Source: a virus (taxonomy: Duplodnaviria; Caudoviricetes). From it: a stretch of 58,294 bases of DNA. The stretch lies in the IMG/VR virus record IMGVR_UViG_3300038379_000107, positions 1 to 58,294 of that record; one strand, 5' to 3'. Below, in pieces: positions 9,905 through 20,005 of the stretch (within the stretch, counting starts at the first letter, position 1; every line of letters begins with the position of its first letter). A program made the position numbers and the translations under genes. The notes under the pieces are model-generated. The model was not told the DNA's origin. It made no database searches and worked only from the letters and a program-made list of their open reading frames with translations.

Positions 9905-10558
9905 ATGACCGAACTCAAGGTATTTCGATTTGGAAAAGGCAAGCACAATACCCGTGAAGACGGAATGTGTGTCATGGAAGCGGTAGCGTATCTGGCCGGA
10001 GAGTCGCATAGCAACCATCCTCAATGTGCCTCTCCGGTCATTACCAAACTGGCCATCTGGCTTAATGACACTGCTGGCGATGAGTTGAGGCAAGAATTAC
10101 TGCTCGATCTTCCGTGGAGGCTAGTCGGAACGCGAGCATCCGATGAAACCGAACAACGGCGTGCATATATGGCTGCTGATTGGGTTGTAAGGTTTGTGAC
10201 TCCAATCGCTTTCAGGAGAGTCAATTTAGAAAAAGAGGCCGCTTCGCTTGAACACCTAAGCGAAGTAATTGACAAAGAAAGCGCGGGTACGGCGGCGCGG
10301 ACGGCGGCGGCGGCGGCGCGGACGGCGGAGGCGGTGGCTGCGTGGGCGGAGGCGGCGGCGGCGTGGGCGGCGGAGGCGGCGTGGGCGGCGGAGGCGGCGT
10401 GGGCGGCGGCGTGGGCGGCGGCGTGGGCGGCGGCGGATGGTGGTGTGGATCGTGACAAAATTCTACGCTCTTGTGCCGAACTGATCGGCAGAATGGCCAA
10501 GCTTACCGAGCCGCAAGAAGTAATGCGGGCCAGACAACGAGAACTACTTGGAGTGTGA
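9905..10558 (+). CDS. phage protein with Ala/Trp tract
   Basis: AGGAG RBS; CVMEAVAYLAGE..S.HP.C.SPVI and LND motifs; Ala tract. Confidence 0.7.
   Translation: MTELKVFRFGKGKHNTREDGMCVMEAVAYLAGESHSNHPQCASPVITKLAIWLNDTAGDELRQELLLDLPWRLVGTRASDETEQRRAYMAADWVVRFVTPIAFRRVNLEKEAASLEHLSEVIDKESAGTAARTAAAAARTAEAVAAWAEAAAAWAAEAAWAAEAAWAAAWAAAWAAADGGVDRDKILRSCAELIGRMAKLTEPQEVMRARQRELLGV
10289..10436 (+). repeat. (GCG)n-based coding microsatellite, second copy
   Basis: same codon vocabulary as 5661-5963. Confidence 0.9.
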
Positions 10559-10563
10559 TTAGC

Positions 10564-10815
10564 ATGAATGGACAATGCAACCTCTACTGGCTATCGTTTG
10601 TGCGCGCTGAAGGAAACGCAGGGTGCTGCATTGTCGAGGCAGTGTCAGCCATTGATGCGGCAAAGCAGTCGCACAGGTTGGGAATTAACCCTGGCGGGTC
10701 AGTTTTGATTTGTGAGATCGAGACGCTTGGACCATTCGAGAAGAACCGCCTCTACTCCAAGCAAGAGTGCAGCGAACTGGGTACAATCGCAGATGCCAAG
10801 ATAAAGTGGAGATGA
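10564..10815 (+). CDS. hypothetical protein
   Basis: YWLSF...GINPGG motif; operon packing. Confidence 0.6.
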   Translation: MNGQCNLYWLSFVRAEGNAGCCIVEAVSAIDAAKQSHRLGINPGGSVLICEIETLGPFEKNRLYSKQECSELGTIADAKIKWR

Positions 10816-10821
10816 ACTGAC

Positions 10822-11070
10822 ATGACCGACACCGCCGATTTGGCCGTCTCAGGATCGCCACCGCTTACCTGCGGAACCTGCAAGCACTGGCACAAGAAAA
10901 TCAACCCCCACAACATTCGTGACGCGCGCGGGGATTGTCGATTCAATCCTCCATGCGTGACCACGCTCCCACAGGGGGCAAATACCTTCTGTTTGTCTTC
11001 GTACCCATCCCTGCCAGATAGCTTTCCGGCATGTAGCAAGCATGAGGCTAAGGTAGCTATTGAGGGGTGA
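10822..11070 (+). CDS. small Cys-rich protein
   Basis: CGTCKHW...GDCRFNPP...AC.KH pattern common in phages. Confidence 0.65.
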   Translation: MTDTADLAVSGSPPLTCGTCKHWHKKINPHNIRDARGDCRFNPPCVTTLPQGANTFCLSSYPSLPDSFPACSKHEAKVAIEG

Positions 11071-11077
11071 TTTCGTC

Positions 11078-11105
11078 TTGACCGACCATGCTGGTTTGGT
11101 AGCAT
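11078..11105 (+). promoter_or_regulatory. promoter related to the 8878/43365 class
   Basis: TTGACC-16 bp-TAGCAT; shares TTTGGTA.CATTT. Confidence 0.55.
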
Positions 11106-11149
11106 TTCCCCATACGCCCCCAGGGGCCATGCTTACCAAGGAATGAACC

Positions 11150-11797
11150 ATGTCGATTCTCAACGCAGCATCAGTCAAGAATGCCCTTGGCGCAGCCCTG
11201 GGGCCAGGCGGGTCCAAGATGGCCGAAGACCTCGTGACCTTGTGGCTGGGGTCGGGAGTAACCAACTATAACTTCTCGACCGGGCTTGGCGCGCCGGCTG
11301 GGTCGAACGTGACTGCCCAGGAATGGGTCAGTGGCAACAGCCACACAACCATTCTGACGTTTACAAGTCGATCAATCACCATGACCGATGAAGCCGGCGT
11401 AGTTGCCTATGGCGGAACCAAGGTTTATGACTTTCCGGCTGGATTGATTCTGATTCGCACAGCCGTGGCCAATTTAACTATTACCAAGTCGGGATCGGGC
11501 ATCAATGCTGACTTTGATGGCGACTTTGGCGTTGGGACAACTACAGCGGGCAACAACAATGCTCTAGCCACGACAGAGCAGAACATTATCCCGACAACAG
11601 CTACGCCTCAAGCGGTGGCAGGAGTAACCACGGCCAAAGGGTTTAATGCAGCAGCTATCGCTCCGCTAGATGGAACCTCAACAGCTATAGATGTGTACAT
11701 CAACGGGCTCATAGATGATGCCGATCAGGATGGTGGCGGCGCATGGCTAATTAGCGGTGCGCTGACGCTCATTTGGGATTTAGGTGGCGACGTGTAA
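11150..11797 (+). CDS. putative virion decoration/cement protein
   Basis: G/T/A-rich, beta-rich composition; GGTKVYDFPAG.I.I motif recalled from phage structural proteins. Confidence 0.55.
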   Translation: MSILNAASVKNALGAALGPGGSKMAEDLVTLWLGSGVTNYNFSTGLGAPAGSNVTAQEWVSGNSHTTILTFTSRSITMTDEAGVVAYGGTKVYDFPAGLILIRTAVANLTITKSGSGINADFDGDFGVGTTTAGNNNALATTEQNIIPTTATPQAVAGVTTAKGFNAAAIAPLDGTSTAIDVYINGLIDDADQDGGGAWLISGALTLIWDLGGDV

Positions 11798-12013
11798 GGT
11801 GGAAATTGCTCAGACGCTGGGAAATAGAAATCTCCCTGTTTGTATCGCTCAGTGGAATGGCCTAGTAAACTAAACCACCGAACGAGAAGAATAGGGAACC
11901 CTGAAACCCTGGGCGCAAGCCTGGGGCTTCACTGTTTCTGTGCTAGAAGAAGACCTGTTGGATTGTCTGCACATTTTGCATCTAGATGCCCTTATTTTAG
12001 TTAGGAGTCCCCT

Positions 12014-12929
12014 ATGGGAGCCAAGCAACTCACTTATGCCGATGAGGCTCGGCAGAAGTTGCTCGCGGGCGTTTCCAAAGCTCGCAAAAGCCGTCAAATG
12101 TACCCTCGGGCCACGGGGCCGCAATGCCGTCATCGATAAAGGTTGGGGCGTGCCCAACATCACTAAAGACGGCGTCACTGTCGCTGAAGACATCGAACTC
12201 ACCGACCCCTACGAGAACATGGGGGCCCAGCTCGTCAAGGAAGCCGCCAGCAAGACTTCCGATGTCGCGGGTGATGGCACCACCACCGCAACGGTACTGA
12301 CCGAAGCCATCTATCGCGAAGGCCTCAAGGGCATTACCGCCGGGTCCGATCCGATGGCCATGTCTCGAGGAATCCTCAAGGCAACCGAAAAGGCCGTCGA
12401 GGAACTCAAGAAACTGGCCGAGAAAATCAACGCCAAAGACAAGAAGGAGATCAAGGAAGTCGCCACCATATCGGCGAATAACAACACCGAGATCGGGGAC
12501 TACATCGCTCAGGCTATGGACAAAGTCGGTTCCGACGGCGTCATCTCCATCGAAGAAGGCAAGGGGTTTGTCACCGAAGTCGATTGGGTTGAAGGCATGC
12601 AGTTCGACCGGGGCTATCTCTCGCCCCACTTCGTCACCGATCCTGAAAAGGTCATCTGCGAATACGAGAAGTGCTACATCCTCATCCACGAGGACAAGAT
12701 CGGCAACGCCAAGGATTTGGTCCCTCTTCTGGAAACCATCTCCGCGCTGCAGAATGCAGCCAGCGTCGCGGCCCTGTTGCTGACCACCGAAACCCTGATC
12801 GCCGATAAGCCCGAACCCAAGAAGGCGGGCGGCGACCATCACCATGACCACCACGGCGGCGGCATGGGTGGGATGGGCGGCGGCATGCCCGGCATGGGAG
12901 GAATGGGTGGCATGGGCGGCATGATGTAA
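12014..12929 (+). pseudogene. groEL: chaperonin GroEL, internally deleted in frame, with a +1 frameshift near codon 22
   Basis: [57 protein letters not shown]; jumps from LLETIS to ALQNAASVA; His-rich and GGM tail; extra A at 12077-12079. Confidence 0.92.
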
Positions 12930-13030
12930 TTCACGAGTACGCAAGGCGTGCTACTGAAACGAACCAACTTTTTAACACCGGACGGCACGCACAGCGGTGC
13001 CCTACTCAAGAATCAGAAGGATTCACCAAC

Positions 13031-13078
13031 ATGAAACTCAGGCCCCTCGATGACCGCGTGGTCGTCAACATCCCTTGA
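13031..13078 (+). pseudogene. groES: GroES N-terminal stub
   Basis: MKLRPLDDRVVVNIP* after an AAGGA RBS. Confidence 0.8.
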
Positions 13079-13155
13079 TGAACACATCACGTTAGCACAT
13101 GATTTGAGATCATGAACCGGGCCAGTTCGCGGGCAATGTGGGCTGGCCTACTTTA

Positions 13156-16100
13156 TTATCGTGCCTGATATTTCTCTTTAACCGCAATTCGGGCCTTCTC
13201 CTGCATGGCTCGATAGGCTTTCATGAGTTGCAGCATCTCTGGCGGGATTTGGTCTTCCATACCTTTGTACTGGCTTTCCATGACGATCTGGGGCTTGGTG
13301 CGGTAGTAAGGGCTCTTGTTGAGCATCTTCTCTATCGCTTGACGGGCGGCGATACTGGTAGCAGTCGCCTGATCCACATCCACCACCCTGGCCCCGGTCA
13401 GGAGGTTGAGGAAGTTGGTCAGCAACCCTTTCTTGTCGGCTTCGGCCAGTCGGTCGGCAGTGGAGAAGACGCGCGAGGCGGGCGTGGCTTGGACTGCTTG
13501 CGAGATGAACTTGCTAACATCGTCGGGAACGCCGATAGCCGACATGAGGCCGGAAGGCTTAAGGTCTTCCAGTTTGCGGCCTGAGAAGAGTTGGGTTCCT
13601 GTGCTCATTTCATAGATGGTTTTGATCAGGGGGTTGCTGGACGAGGCGGCACGCCTGATAGCTTCTCTGGGGCTTCCTGCACCCAAGGCAGCCAAGGCTC
13701 CAACCATTTCATCCTCGATGGACAGTCCAAAGCTGGCTAGGAAGCGCTGCTGGCCGGGATCGGCCCCAGGCAGGGGTACTGCCGCACCGGAGGAAACGTA
13801 GCTGGGTACGAAGCTATCATCCTGGCGACCGGAGTTGGCTACCTTGATGAGCGAGGTGATCGGGCCGGGGTCGCGGGAGAACTGATCCCCAATACGCCGC
13901 ATATTGGCTTTCGTGAACGAGTAGAAAGGTATAATGTTCCTTCCCCACTTGCGTTCCCATTCTGTCAGGTTTGAGTAGTCCAGGTGCGTGGTCTTAACCC
14001 GCTTGGCTGCCGCCACAGGGGACCAACCGTCGTCGATCAGGCTTTTGAACTGGGCCAGTCGTGATACCTGATTCTGGTAGTGCTGCGCCTCTTCCATCAT
14101 GCGCAGGTAGCCGCGCCCCATATCGGCAGCGCCACCCAGATACTTGGCTGCCTTGCTGGTCGGGTACATTTCCGAGAGCGGCAGGATGCCAACGGATCGG
14201 CGAGCCTCTTGTCCCATCTTGCCTGGAGCGGTCAATTTGATTTGATCGGCGAAGGTTTTGGCAAGCGATTTGTCGGACTGGATGGGGGCAATGTTGTAGC
14301 CAATCTCTCCGGTACGTTTCATGCCCTTGCCGATCAGGTCGCCTAGTTGATCGCCTACCACGCCATGAACCACAGCTTCCTCGAATACCTTTTGCATCGG
14401 ACCAAGCTTGGCGGCATCGGCAAGTCTGCCCGATGAGTAAGCTGCGGAACTAGCCAGGTTGCGGGCTGGGTTGGTTCCGGCCAGTCCCGTGTTGAGCGTG
14501 GCATCGGTCCAGTTACGCGACAAGTTGGCGATCCACGGAACAGTCACGCCATAGCGGAACCAGGTGGACATCTTGTCAAAGAGATTGGGATCAGCCACAT
14601 CCTGGTAGGCTGCCTTGAGTTCCTTGCCCATGCCCTTGACAATGGAAGACTTGACACCCATTTGTTCTAATGGCACATTGCCGCCAATTCTGCGCGACAA
14701 CTCGCTAGCCCCCGTCTCCATCCCCAACTCTTTGAGCGCATCGGCCAGGCTCATGTACTTGGCCGTATCGCCTGGCAAGGCTCGTTGCGCCGCCAGATCG
14801 CCTGAGTATTCCTTGAGCGTGTCGAGGATGTTGTTGAGAACGGGTTTCTGCTTGCCTGCAATGTTCTGGGCATAGCGGATAACATCGACGCTGGGTGACT
14901 GGCCGTAGAAGTAACCGCGCTTCACGATGGCAGGATCGGCCTGCGAAAGATGCTTGGCAAAGTCGTAGGACCACTTGGTAGCCACGCCACCCGTGTCCAT
15001 GACGAAATCAAGTGCATCTTGAAGGTGTTTACCCTGGATTTGTCCGCTACGAATCGCTTTTTCTACATCGTCCTGAGTAGAGGATAAAAGGTGTTTGGCG
15101 TTGGCCTGGATGTTGGCGGCAAGCGCAGCCGGGTCGGTCCCGCCTACACGGGCGATGCCGCTGAACTGCGGACTGGTCATGTAGCGTTCAACGTCCGTAG
15201 CTCCACCGGGAAGTTGACGATACAAATCTTCGCGGGCCATCTGCTGGCCCTTGAGTTGGTTGCCCGTGTCGGCCTGGCGGCGCGGGAAGTATTCGGTGTA
15301 TCCGCCATGATGCTCCAACTTGCCGCCGTGACGGACGAAATCAACGTACTCAGGATCGAAGTAGTTCCTGGCATCGACAGCCGCCTTCTGAGCCGTGCTT
15401 CGCAAGCTGGCTTCAAAAGTCGGATCGAGAATACCTGTGGGCAGGATGGGTGAGCCGGTTTCGGCGGCAGAGCGGATAGCCTGATTGGACAGTCTGACTG
15501 CTTCCTGGCCGGTGAAGCCGTGTTGCTGAAGGAGGTTGAGCGCCTGACTTTCCGTGTCGATGATCGGCTTGCCTGCCCGCATGGAATCGACAAGCATCTG
15601 CTCGGAGATTTGCCGGTTCTTCTCGGCTACCAATTGGTATTCGCCTGTGCCGGAGTGGCCCACTCCAGGAGTGAACATGGATTTGACGTAAGCCCAGGGT
15701 TGGATTTCAGTCCCAGGAATGCGGGCGACCGTAGCCCAGTCGGATAGATTGCCTAGCCACGTTCCGATGGACTGCCCGATCTTCCCGGTCCCCAGAGGCA
15801 GGACGTTGGCCTTGGCCCCGGTCAGGGCTTCGACATACCAGGGCAGGGACTTGACCCCAAACAGACCACCCTGGCCAGCGGCAATCCTCTCCCCGATCCG
15901 GGGAAGCAGGGTTCCTGCCTTCTCGGCTGCCAAGCCGCCCTTTACCCCCTTGGTGAGAGCCCCTGCCGGTCCGGTCACGAGGTTGAGCGGGTCGGTCAGG
16001 ATGTCCATCGTCAAACCGGCAGCAAAGTTGCCCCAAGTATCCTCTGGACCTACGATGCCCCAATTCCGCAGCAGATCGCGGCCAGAGCGTTGTTTTGTCT

Positions 16101-16341
16101 GGATGAGACCCTGCCCAGGAACATGGCTAGTAATGCCAAAGGTGTCCGATAATGGGATCAGATTGGCCAAGGCCGACAAATCGCCTTCCAGAAGCCCGTA
16201 GAGGGCTTGCTGGGGCTTCCCAAGACTCTCTCCCAGGAACTTGATCGGCGCAAACCAAGCCGAGTTAGCCATTGCGGACAGCCAAGACTGGTCCTCAATG
16301 TCCTGCGGTTGGTACAGATCGTATAAATCCTGTAGGGCCAT
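13156..16341 (-). CDS. large internal virion/DNA ejection protein
   Basis: 1061 aa, helical; DILTDPLN and DYSNLT..E...R.IIPFYSF motifs; last gene of the tail block. Confidence 0.7.
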   Translation of the reverse strand: MALQDLYDLYQPQDIEDQSWLSAMANSAWFAPIKFLGESLGKPQQALYGLLEGDLSALANLIPLSDTFGITSHVPGQGLIQTKQRSGRDLLRNWGIVGPEDTWGNFAAGLTMDILTDPLNLVTGPAGALTKGVKGGLAAEKAGTLLPRIGERIAAGQGGLFGVKSLPWYVEALTGAKANVLPLGTGKIGQSIGTWLGNLSDWATVARIPGTEIQPWAYVKSMFTPGVGHSGTGEYQLVAEKNRQISEQMLVDSMRAGKPIIDTESQALNLLQQHGFTGQEAVRLSNQAIRSAAETGSPILPTGILDPTFEASLRSTAQKAAVDARNYFDPEYVDFVRHGGKLEHHGGYTEYFPRRQADTGNQLKGQQMAREDLYRQLPGGATDVERYMTSPQFSGIARVGGTDPAALAANIQANAKHLLSSTQDDVEKAIRSGQIQGKHLQDALDFVMDTGGVATKWSYDFAKHLSQADPAIVKRGYFYGQSPSVDVIRYAQNIAGKQKPVLNNILDTLKEYSGDLAAQRALPGDTAKYMSLADALKELGMETGASELSRRIGGNVPLEQMGVKSSIVKGMGKELKAAYQDVADPNLFDKMSTWFRYGVTVPWIANLSRNWTDATLNTGLAGTNPARNLASSAAYSSGRLADAAKLGPMQKVFEEAVVHGVVGDQLGDLIGKGMKRTGEIGYNIAPIQSDKSLAKTFADQIKLTAPGKMGQEARRSVGILPLSEMYPTSKAAKYLGGAADMGRGYLRMMEEAQHYQNQVSRLAQFKSLIDDGWSPVAAAKRVKTTHLDYSNLTEWERKWGRNIIPFYSFTKANMRRIGDQFSRDPGPITSLIKVANSGRQDDSFVPSYVSSGAAVPLPGADPGQQRFLASFGLSIEDEMVGALAALGAGSPREAIRRAASSSNPLIKTIYEMSTGTQLFSGRKLEDLKPSGLMSAIGVPDDVSKFISQAVQATPASRVFSTADRLAEADKKGLLTNFLNLLTGARVVDVDQATATSIAARQAIEKMLNKSPYYRTKPQIVMESQYKGMEDQIPPEMLQLMKAYRAMQEKARIAVKEKYQAR

Positions 16342-16343
16342 AA

Positions 16344-17372
16344 TTATCGTGACGCATTAATCAAGGATTGAAGGAGATTAAATTCGGCAAGGCGACTTGG
16401 TTCCAACGATTGAGGATCGACCGATTCTGCATAAGGCATGCCAGCGGAACGAGCAAATCGGTGGTACCAAGGTGGCCTGATAAGATCAGCCATTCTCTCC
16501 GAAAGCCTTTGCCTATTAATGCCTTTCATCCTTAAAAGCTGATCGGCTAACGACCGATAATTAGTGTTGGCTCCAACCTTTGAGGCGAGTTTGCCCAAGT
16601 CTTCTGGCGTGTTAATCTTGTCTAAAAGGCTAGCAGCAAGCGCATCATCCAACTGAGACTTGGAGATTCCGGTTCCAGATACAGCCTCCTCAATGATCGC
16701 CCTGCTTAATGGACTTACTTGGTTTTTGGCTGCTTCCTCCAATGCTTTTATAGCGGCAATCTTTTCGCGTGACTGGATGCCTGATCCCAGTCGATCCGAG
16801 AGGGCGTTCTGTTGCAAGGCAAACATCTGCATCTTGGACTGATCGTCCATCATCTGGTTAATGAAGTTGTACCGCTGGCCAACGTCGCGCCGCATACTGC
16901 CGATCTCGCCCATCCCATACGTTTGGGGAAAACTCCTGCCGCCCAGCGCGCCACCACTGAAACCCAGGGCATGCGATGGCTCCATCGTATCGTGATCGAC
17001 GATGGGCAGCATGGACCAGGGATTGAAGGCGGGTCGGTTATGTCGCACGAACGCAGGCTCGTTGCCTGTCATGCCGTAGCTGACCGTGAGAGTCGATGGA
17101 TTGAACATCCTGGAGATATCACGCTGTTCTTCCATTGGCGTGGTCAAGGGTGGCAAGTTTATTATGGGAGGATTGGCCATGCTATTGGAGATCGCCCCAT
17201 GCACAGTAGGGTGCAGTATGGGTTTCCTGACCGGCTGGGCATAGGGAGTCTCGACTGTCTGTTTAATCTCGTCGATGAATCGACCTCCAGTGGGATCAGG
17301 CGCAGTCGGCAGGAAGAATCGACGCTGGCCAGGCGCAATCGGCAGAAGGTCGTTGATGTCGTCAAACCACAT
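16344..17372 (-). CDS. putative ejection protein
   Basis: position between two other ejection-like genes. Confidence 0.55.
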   Translation of the reverse strand: MWFDDINDLLPIAPGQRRFFLPTAPDPTGGRFIDEIKQTVETPYAQPVRKPILHPTVHGAISNSMANPPIINLPPLTTPMEEQRDISRMFNPSTLTVSYGMTGNEPAFVRHNRPAFNPWSMLPIVDHDTMEPSHALGFSGGALGGRSFPQTYGMGEIGSMRRDVGQRYNFINQMMDDQSKMQMFALQQNALSDRLGSGIQSREKIAAIKALEEAAKNQVSPLSRAIIEEAVSGTGISKSQLDDALAASLLDKINTPEDLGKLASKVGANTNYRSLADQLLRMKGINRQRLSERMADLIRPPWYHRFARSAGMPYAESVDPQSLEPSRLAEFNLLQSLINASR

Positions 17373-17374
17373 GC

Positions 17375-18067
17375 TTAGCCTCCGTACATGCCGAGAAGAC
17401 GGGTGATCAGATCATAACGTTGCGACTGGCCCTGCATCTGATTGCGGGCCTGGATTTCCTGTTGCTGGGCCAGGGCGCGGGCATAGTCGCCATAGATGCC
17501 TGCATTGATCCTCTGGGCCTGAAGCTGAGCGTCACGATTGGCCTTGGCTGCATCGAAGTTCAGGCCCGTCTCATTGGCGGCAGCCCCCTGGTAGGCGCGC
17601 CACATATTCTGGTTTTGCATCGAACCCAGCATGGGCGACATGGGAGAGAAGCCTCTGGCTGCCATGTTCTGGGCCAGTCCTCGATCCTGACGGGCAGCGT
17701 CACCGTACAGTTGTGCCCGCTGGAGGTTGGCCTGGTTGTCGATCTGCCTCTGGGTCCACACGCCCCCTTCGCCTACATAGCGTGGTCGTGGAATCTGGTT
17801 GACGGGACGCGAGTTGTAGAAGCCGCTTCCTGACCAGTCGCCATTGCCGCGCAAGAGCTTTTCCAGGAAGCCTCGGCCCAGGTTGCGCATCCGGTTGTTG
17901 CCAAAAGCCTGTTCCTTGGCCAGATCATCTTCCCAGGTGGTGAACATGCCCTTGTAGGCGTTCCAGATTTCCGGGGCTTGCGGCGACCGGCTTATATCAA
18001 AGTAACGATAGTTGCCGGTCCCCTGCTCGGTATAAGGGCCGATGATCGGAGTGATTCTGGTGGCCAT
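17375..18067 (-). CDS. putative ejection (pilot) protein
   Basis: Q/A/G/N-rich, MAARGFS...G motif, position after the nozzle. Confidence 0.6.
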   Translation of the reverse strand: MATRITPIIGPYTEQGTGNYRYFDISRSPQAPEIWNAYKGMFTTWEDDLAKEQAFGNNRMRNLGRGFLEKLLRGNGDWSGSGFYNSRPVNQIPRPRYVGEGGVWTQRQIDNQANLQRAQLYGDAARQDRGLAQNMAARGFSPMSPMLGSMQNQNMWRAYQGAAANETGLNFDAAKANRDAQLQAQRINAGIYGDYARALAQQQEIQARNQMQGQSQRYDLITRLLGMYGG

Positions 18068-18268
18068 GATAGCCCTTTCTTAGTCCAAGGCTGCCAAGAT
18101 GGTGTTGGCTGCTTGCTGGTGTCCAAGATTGTCGGGATGAAGATTATCAAACCAACTTGTTACCGACCCGGCCATGTTGACAAATGAGCTAGCTGGCGCG
18201 CCAGTCGATGAAGTCAAGGCGATCAAGCACCCAGGCGTTTTTTCGATCTGACTACCCATGCCGCCTCG

Positions 18269-18949
18269 CTAGTTGCTCAGGAAGCCGTTGGCAACATGAG
18301 CGGTTTCACTCTTGAGGACTCTGGTGGTGACGGGAACCCATTTCTTGTTGCGTTTGGTCCAGGTGGTTGCCACCTCCCATTGCTGGGCCAAAGTTATCTG
18401 AATTGTATCTCCGGCATTGGGCGGCACAAGACCAGTCCCGCTGGCGGCAAAGGGCAAGCCGGAGGTGCTGACGGTGTACTGGTTGCCGACAAAACTCCCC
18501 GGACTGGCGGTCATCCCAGAGAGAGCGTCACCCACAATCTCCACGCCGGTCACGGGATCGGTGGACTTCTTGGGCTCGTCACCCTTGACCCTGGCTGTAA
18601 ACGAAGTGGCTCCAGCAGCCACGTCGCTCATGACCATCGCAGGAAGGTAGTGGGTTTTGATCTCGATGCGCGTCTGCCTGCGCGCGTAAAGCCCGCCTCC
18701 TACGGAAGGCGGCAGACCTGTCTGTGGATTCTGAACCAGATAGGAAGATGGATGGCCTGCTGAAGGGTCGCCTACGCCCAAGGTGGTTCCGCCCTGAACG
18801 TCGGCGATCTCGTTGCGGGCAATGCCACGAGCAAAGCTAGGCTGGCGGGCCAGGGCCGAAATAGCCGAAGCCATCTCCCTGGCCAGAGCGTTGGTATCAG
18901 TGAACGACCGACCTTTGATGCGAGCCACGATGGAATCAAGCGAAGGCAT
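18269..18949 (-). CDS. tail-associated protein, paralog B (possibly truncated)
   Basis: N-terminus aligns with 18953..20005. Confidence 0.7.
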   Translation of the reverse strand: MPSLDSIVARIKGRSFTDTNALAREMASAISALARQPSFARGIARNEIADVQGGTTLGVGDPSAGHPSSYLVQNPQTGLPPSVGGGLYARRQTRIEIKTHYLPAMVMSDVAAGATSFTARVKGDEPKKSTDPVTGVEIVGDALSGMTASPGSFVGNQYTVSTSGLPFAASGTGLVPPNAGDTIQITLAQQWEVATTWTKRNKKWVPVTTRVLKSETAHVANGFLSN

Positions 18950-18952
18950 GGA

Positions 18953-20005
18953 TCACCAGATGGGAGTGAAGTCGTTATGTTCGTAAATGTTTTCCCAGAC
19001 TAGCCGTGTGTCGTCGTAAGGACACCCTGTAATTAGGGCAACACTTGCCTGGTCCACTTCGTTGTCACCGAGAGAAGGCCAGGGAATACTGGCGGGCATG
19101 CCGACCATGTCGCCTCCAGAAGTGCAGGTTCCAAAGTAGTAACCAATTCCAGGGATATCCCATTGGTTGAACCATTCCGGGAAAATTGAAAGTCCAAATT
19201 GCACTGTAATGATGCGCCACCTGGTTGTATCTGACACAGTCTGTCCAGTTTGGTAAGGAGTTAGGTCAATAGTTAAGGCGTGGCCCAGAGTCCATTCCCA
19301 TACCGCAATAGTGCTGGTAACGCAAAATTCGACCGTGGGGTCGCTGCTGCTGCGCCAACCCGTGCAGGTGACGGCGGAATTGGCTTTCTCGGAACGGACC
19401 ACGTTCATATGCCATTTGTTGCCGCGCTTGGTCGCCACAGTGTCGGTGCGCCATTGTTCCGAAACAGTTACGGGAATGATCTGCCCAGCCACAGGAGGAG
19501 TGGTCCCCAGGGCGACCGATGAGAGCGGCCTGCCCGTAACGGTAGCCGAATATGTTTGCCCGGAAGCAGGCGGGAAGGGATCGTCCACTACCTTGCTGGG
19601 CGTGACATTGTCGCTAGCCTGGTGCGGTTCGATCCCAGCGACTACGACAGGGATAGTCGTATCCCCGGCAGAAGCATTGCTGGTCACGCGGGCAGGCGTA
19701 GTTCTGGTACGCATCTCCACTCGACTGATCAGGCGGGTTTCCAGGCCGCCGCCAACCTTGGTAGGCAGGCCGGTTTGTGGCTTGGAAACCAGGCTGGAGG
19801 AAAGGTGGGTAGCCGATGGATCGCCTACGCCCAGAGTAGTTCCGCCCTGGGGATCGGTGATGACTGTGCGATCCAGGGCACGATTCTGCGAGGGCAGGCG
19901 GGCCAGGGATGAGAGGGCTTGGGCCACGTCGCGGGCCAGGTCGTCATTGGATTGGTACGACTTACCCTTGATGTTGGCGGCAACCTTGCCCCAGTAGCGG
20001 TCCAT
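18953..20005 (-). CDS. tail-associated protein, paralog A
   Basis: shares IKG.S...LAR..A.A.S.LAR.PS, QGGTTLGVGDPSA.H.SS and TKR..KW with paralog B. Confidence 0.75.
   Translation of the reverse strand: MDRYWGKVAANIKGKSYQSNDDLARDVAQALSSLARLPSQNRALDRTVITDPQGGTTLGVGDPSATHLSSSLVSKPQTGLPTKVGGGLETRLISRVEMRTRTTPARVTSNASAGDTTIPVVVAGIEPHQASDNVTPSKVVDDPFPPASGQTYSATVTGRPLSSVALGTTPPVAGQIIPVTVSEQWRTDTVATKRGNKWHMNVVRSEKANSAVTCTGWRSSSDPTVEFCVTSTIAVWEWTLGHALTIDLTPYQTGQTVSDTTRWRIITVQFGLSIFPEWFNQWDIPGIGYYFGTCTSGGDMVGMPASIPWPSLGDNEVDQASVALITGCPYDDTRLVWENIYEHNDFTPIW

Noticed and set aside
11940-12013. ORF-track N-terminus of GroEL (MLEEDLL...)
   Set aside because: It is an artefact of the +1 frameshift; the real start is ATG 12014.
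13091-13115. CIRCE element near groE
   Set aside because: Only TTAGCAC matches; there is no GAGTGCTAA arm at the 9-bp spacing.
13156-16341. Tape measure protein
   Set aside because: No tail tube or assembly chaperone genes were seen; motifs and context fit an ejection protein.
9198-18271. Stop-codon reassignment
   Set aside because: The interrupting codons differ (TAA and TAG), and both serve as normal stops elsewhere.
18269-20005. Diversity-generating retroelement TR/VR pair
   Set aside because: No reverse transcriptase was seen, and the differences are not adenine-specific.
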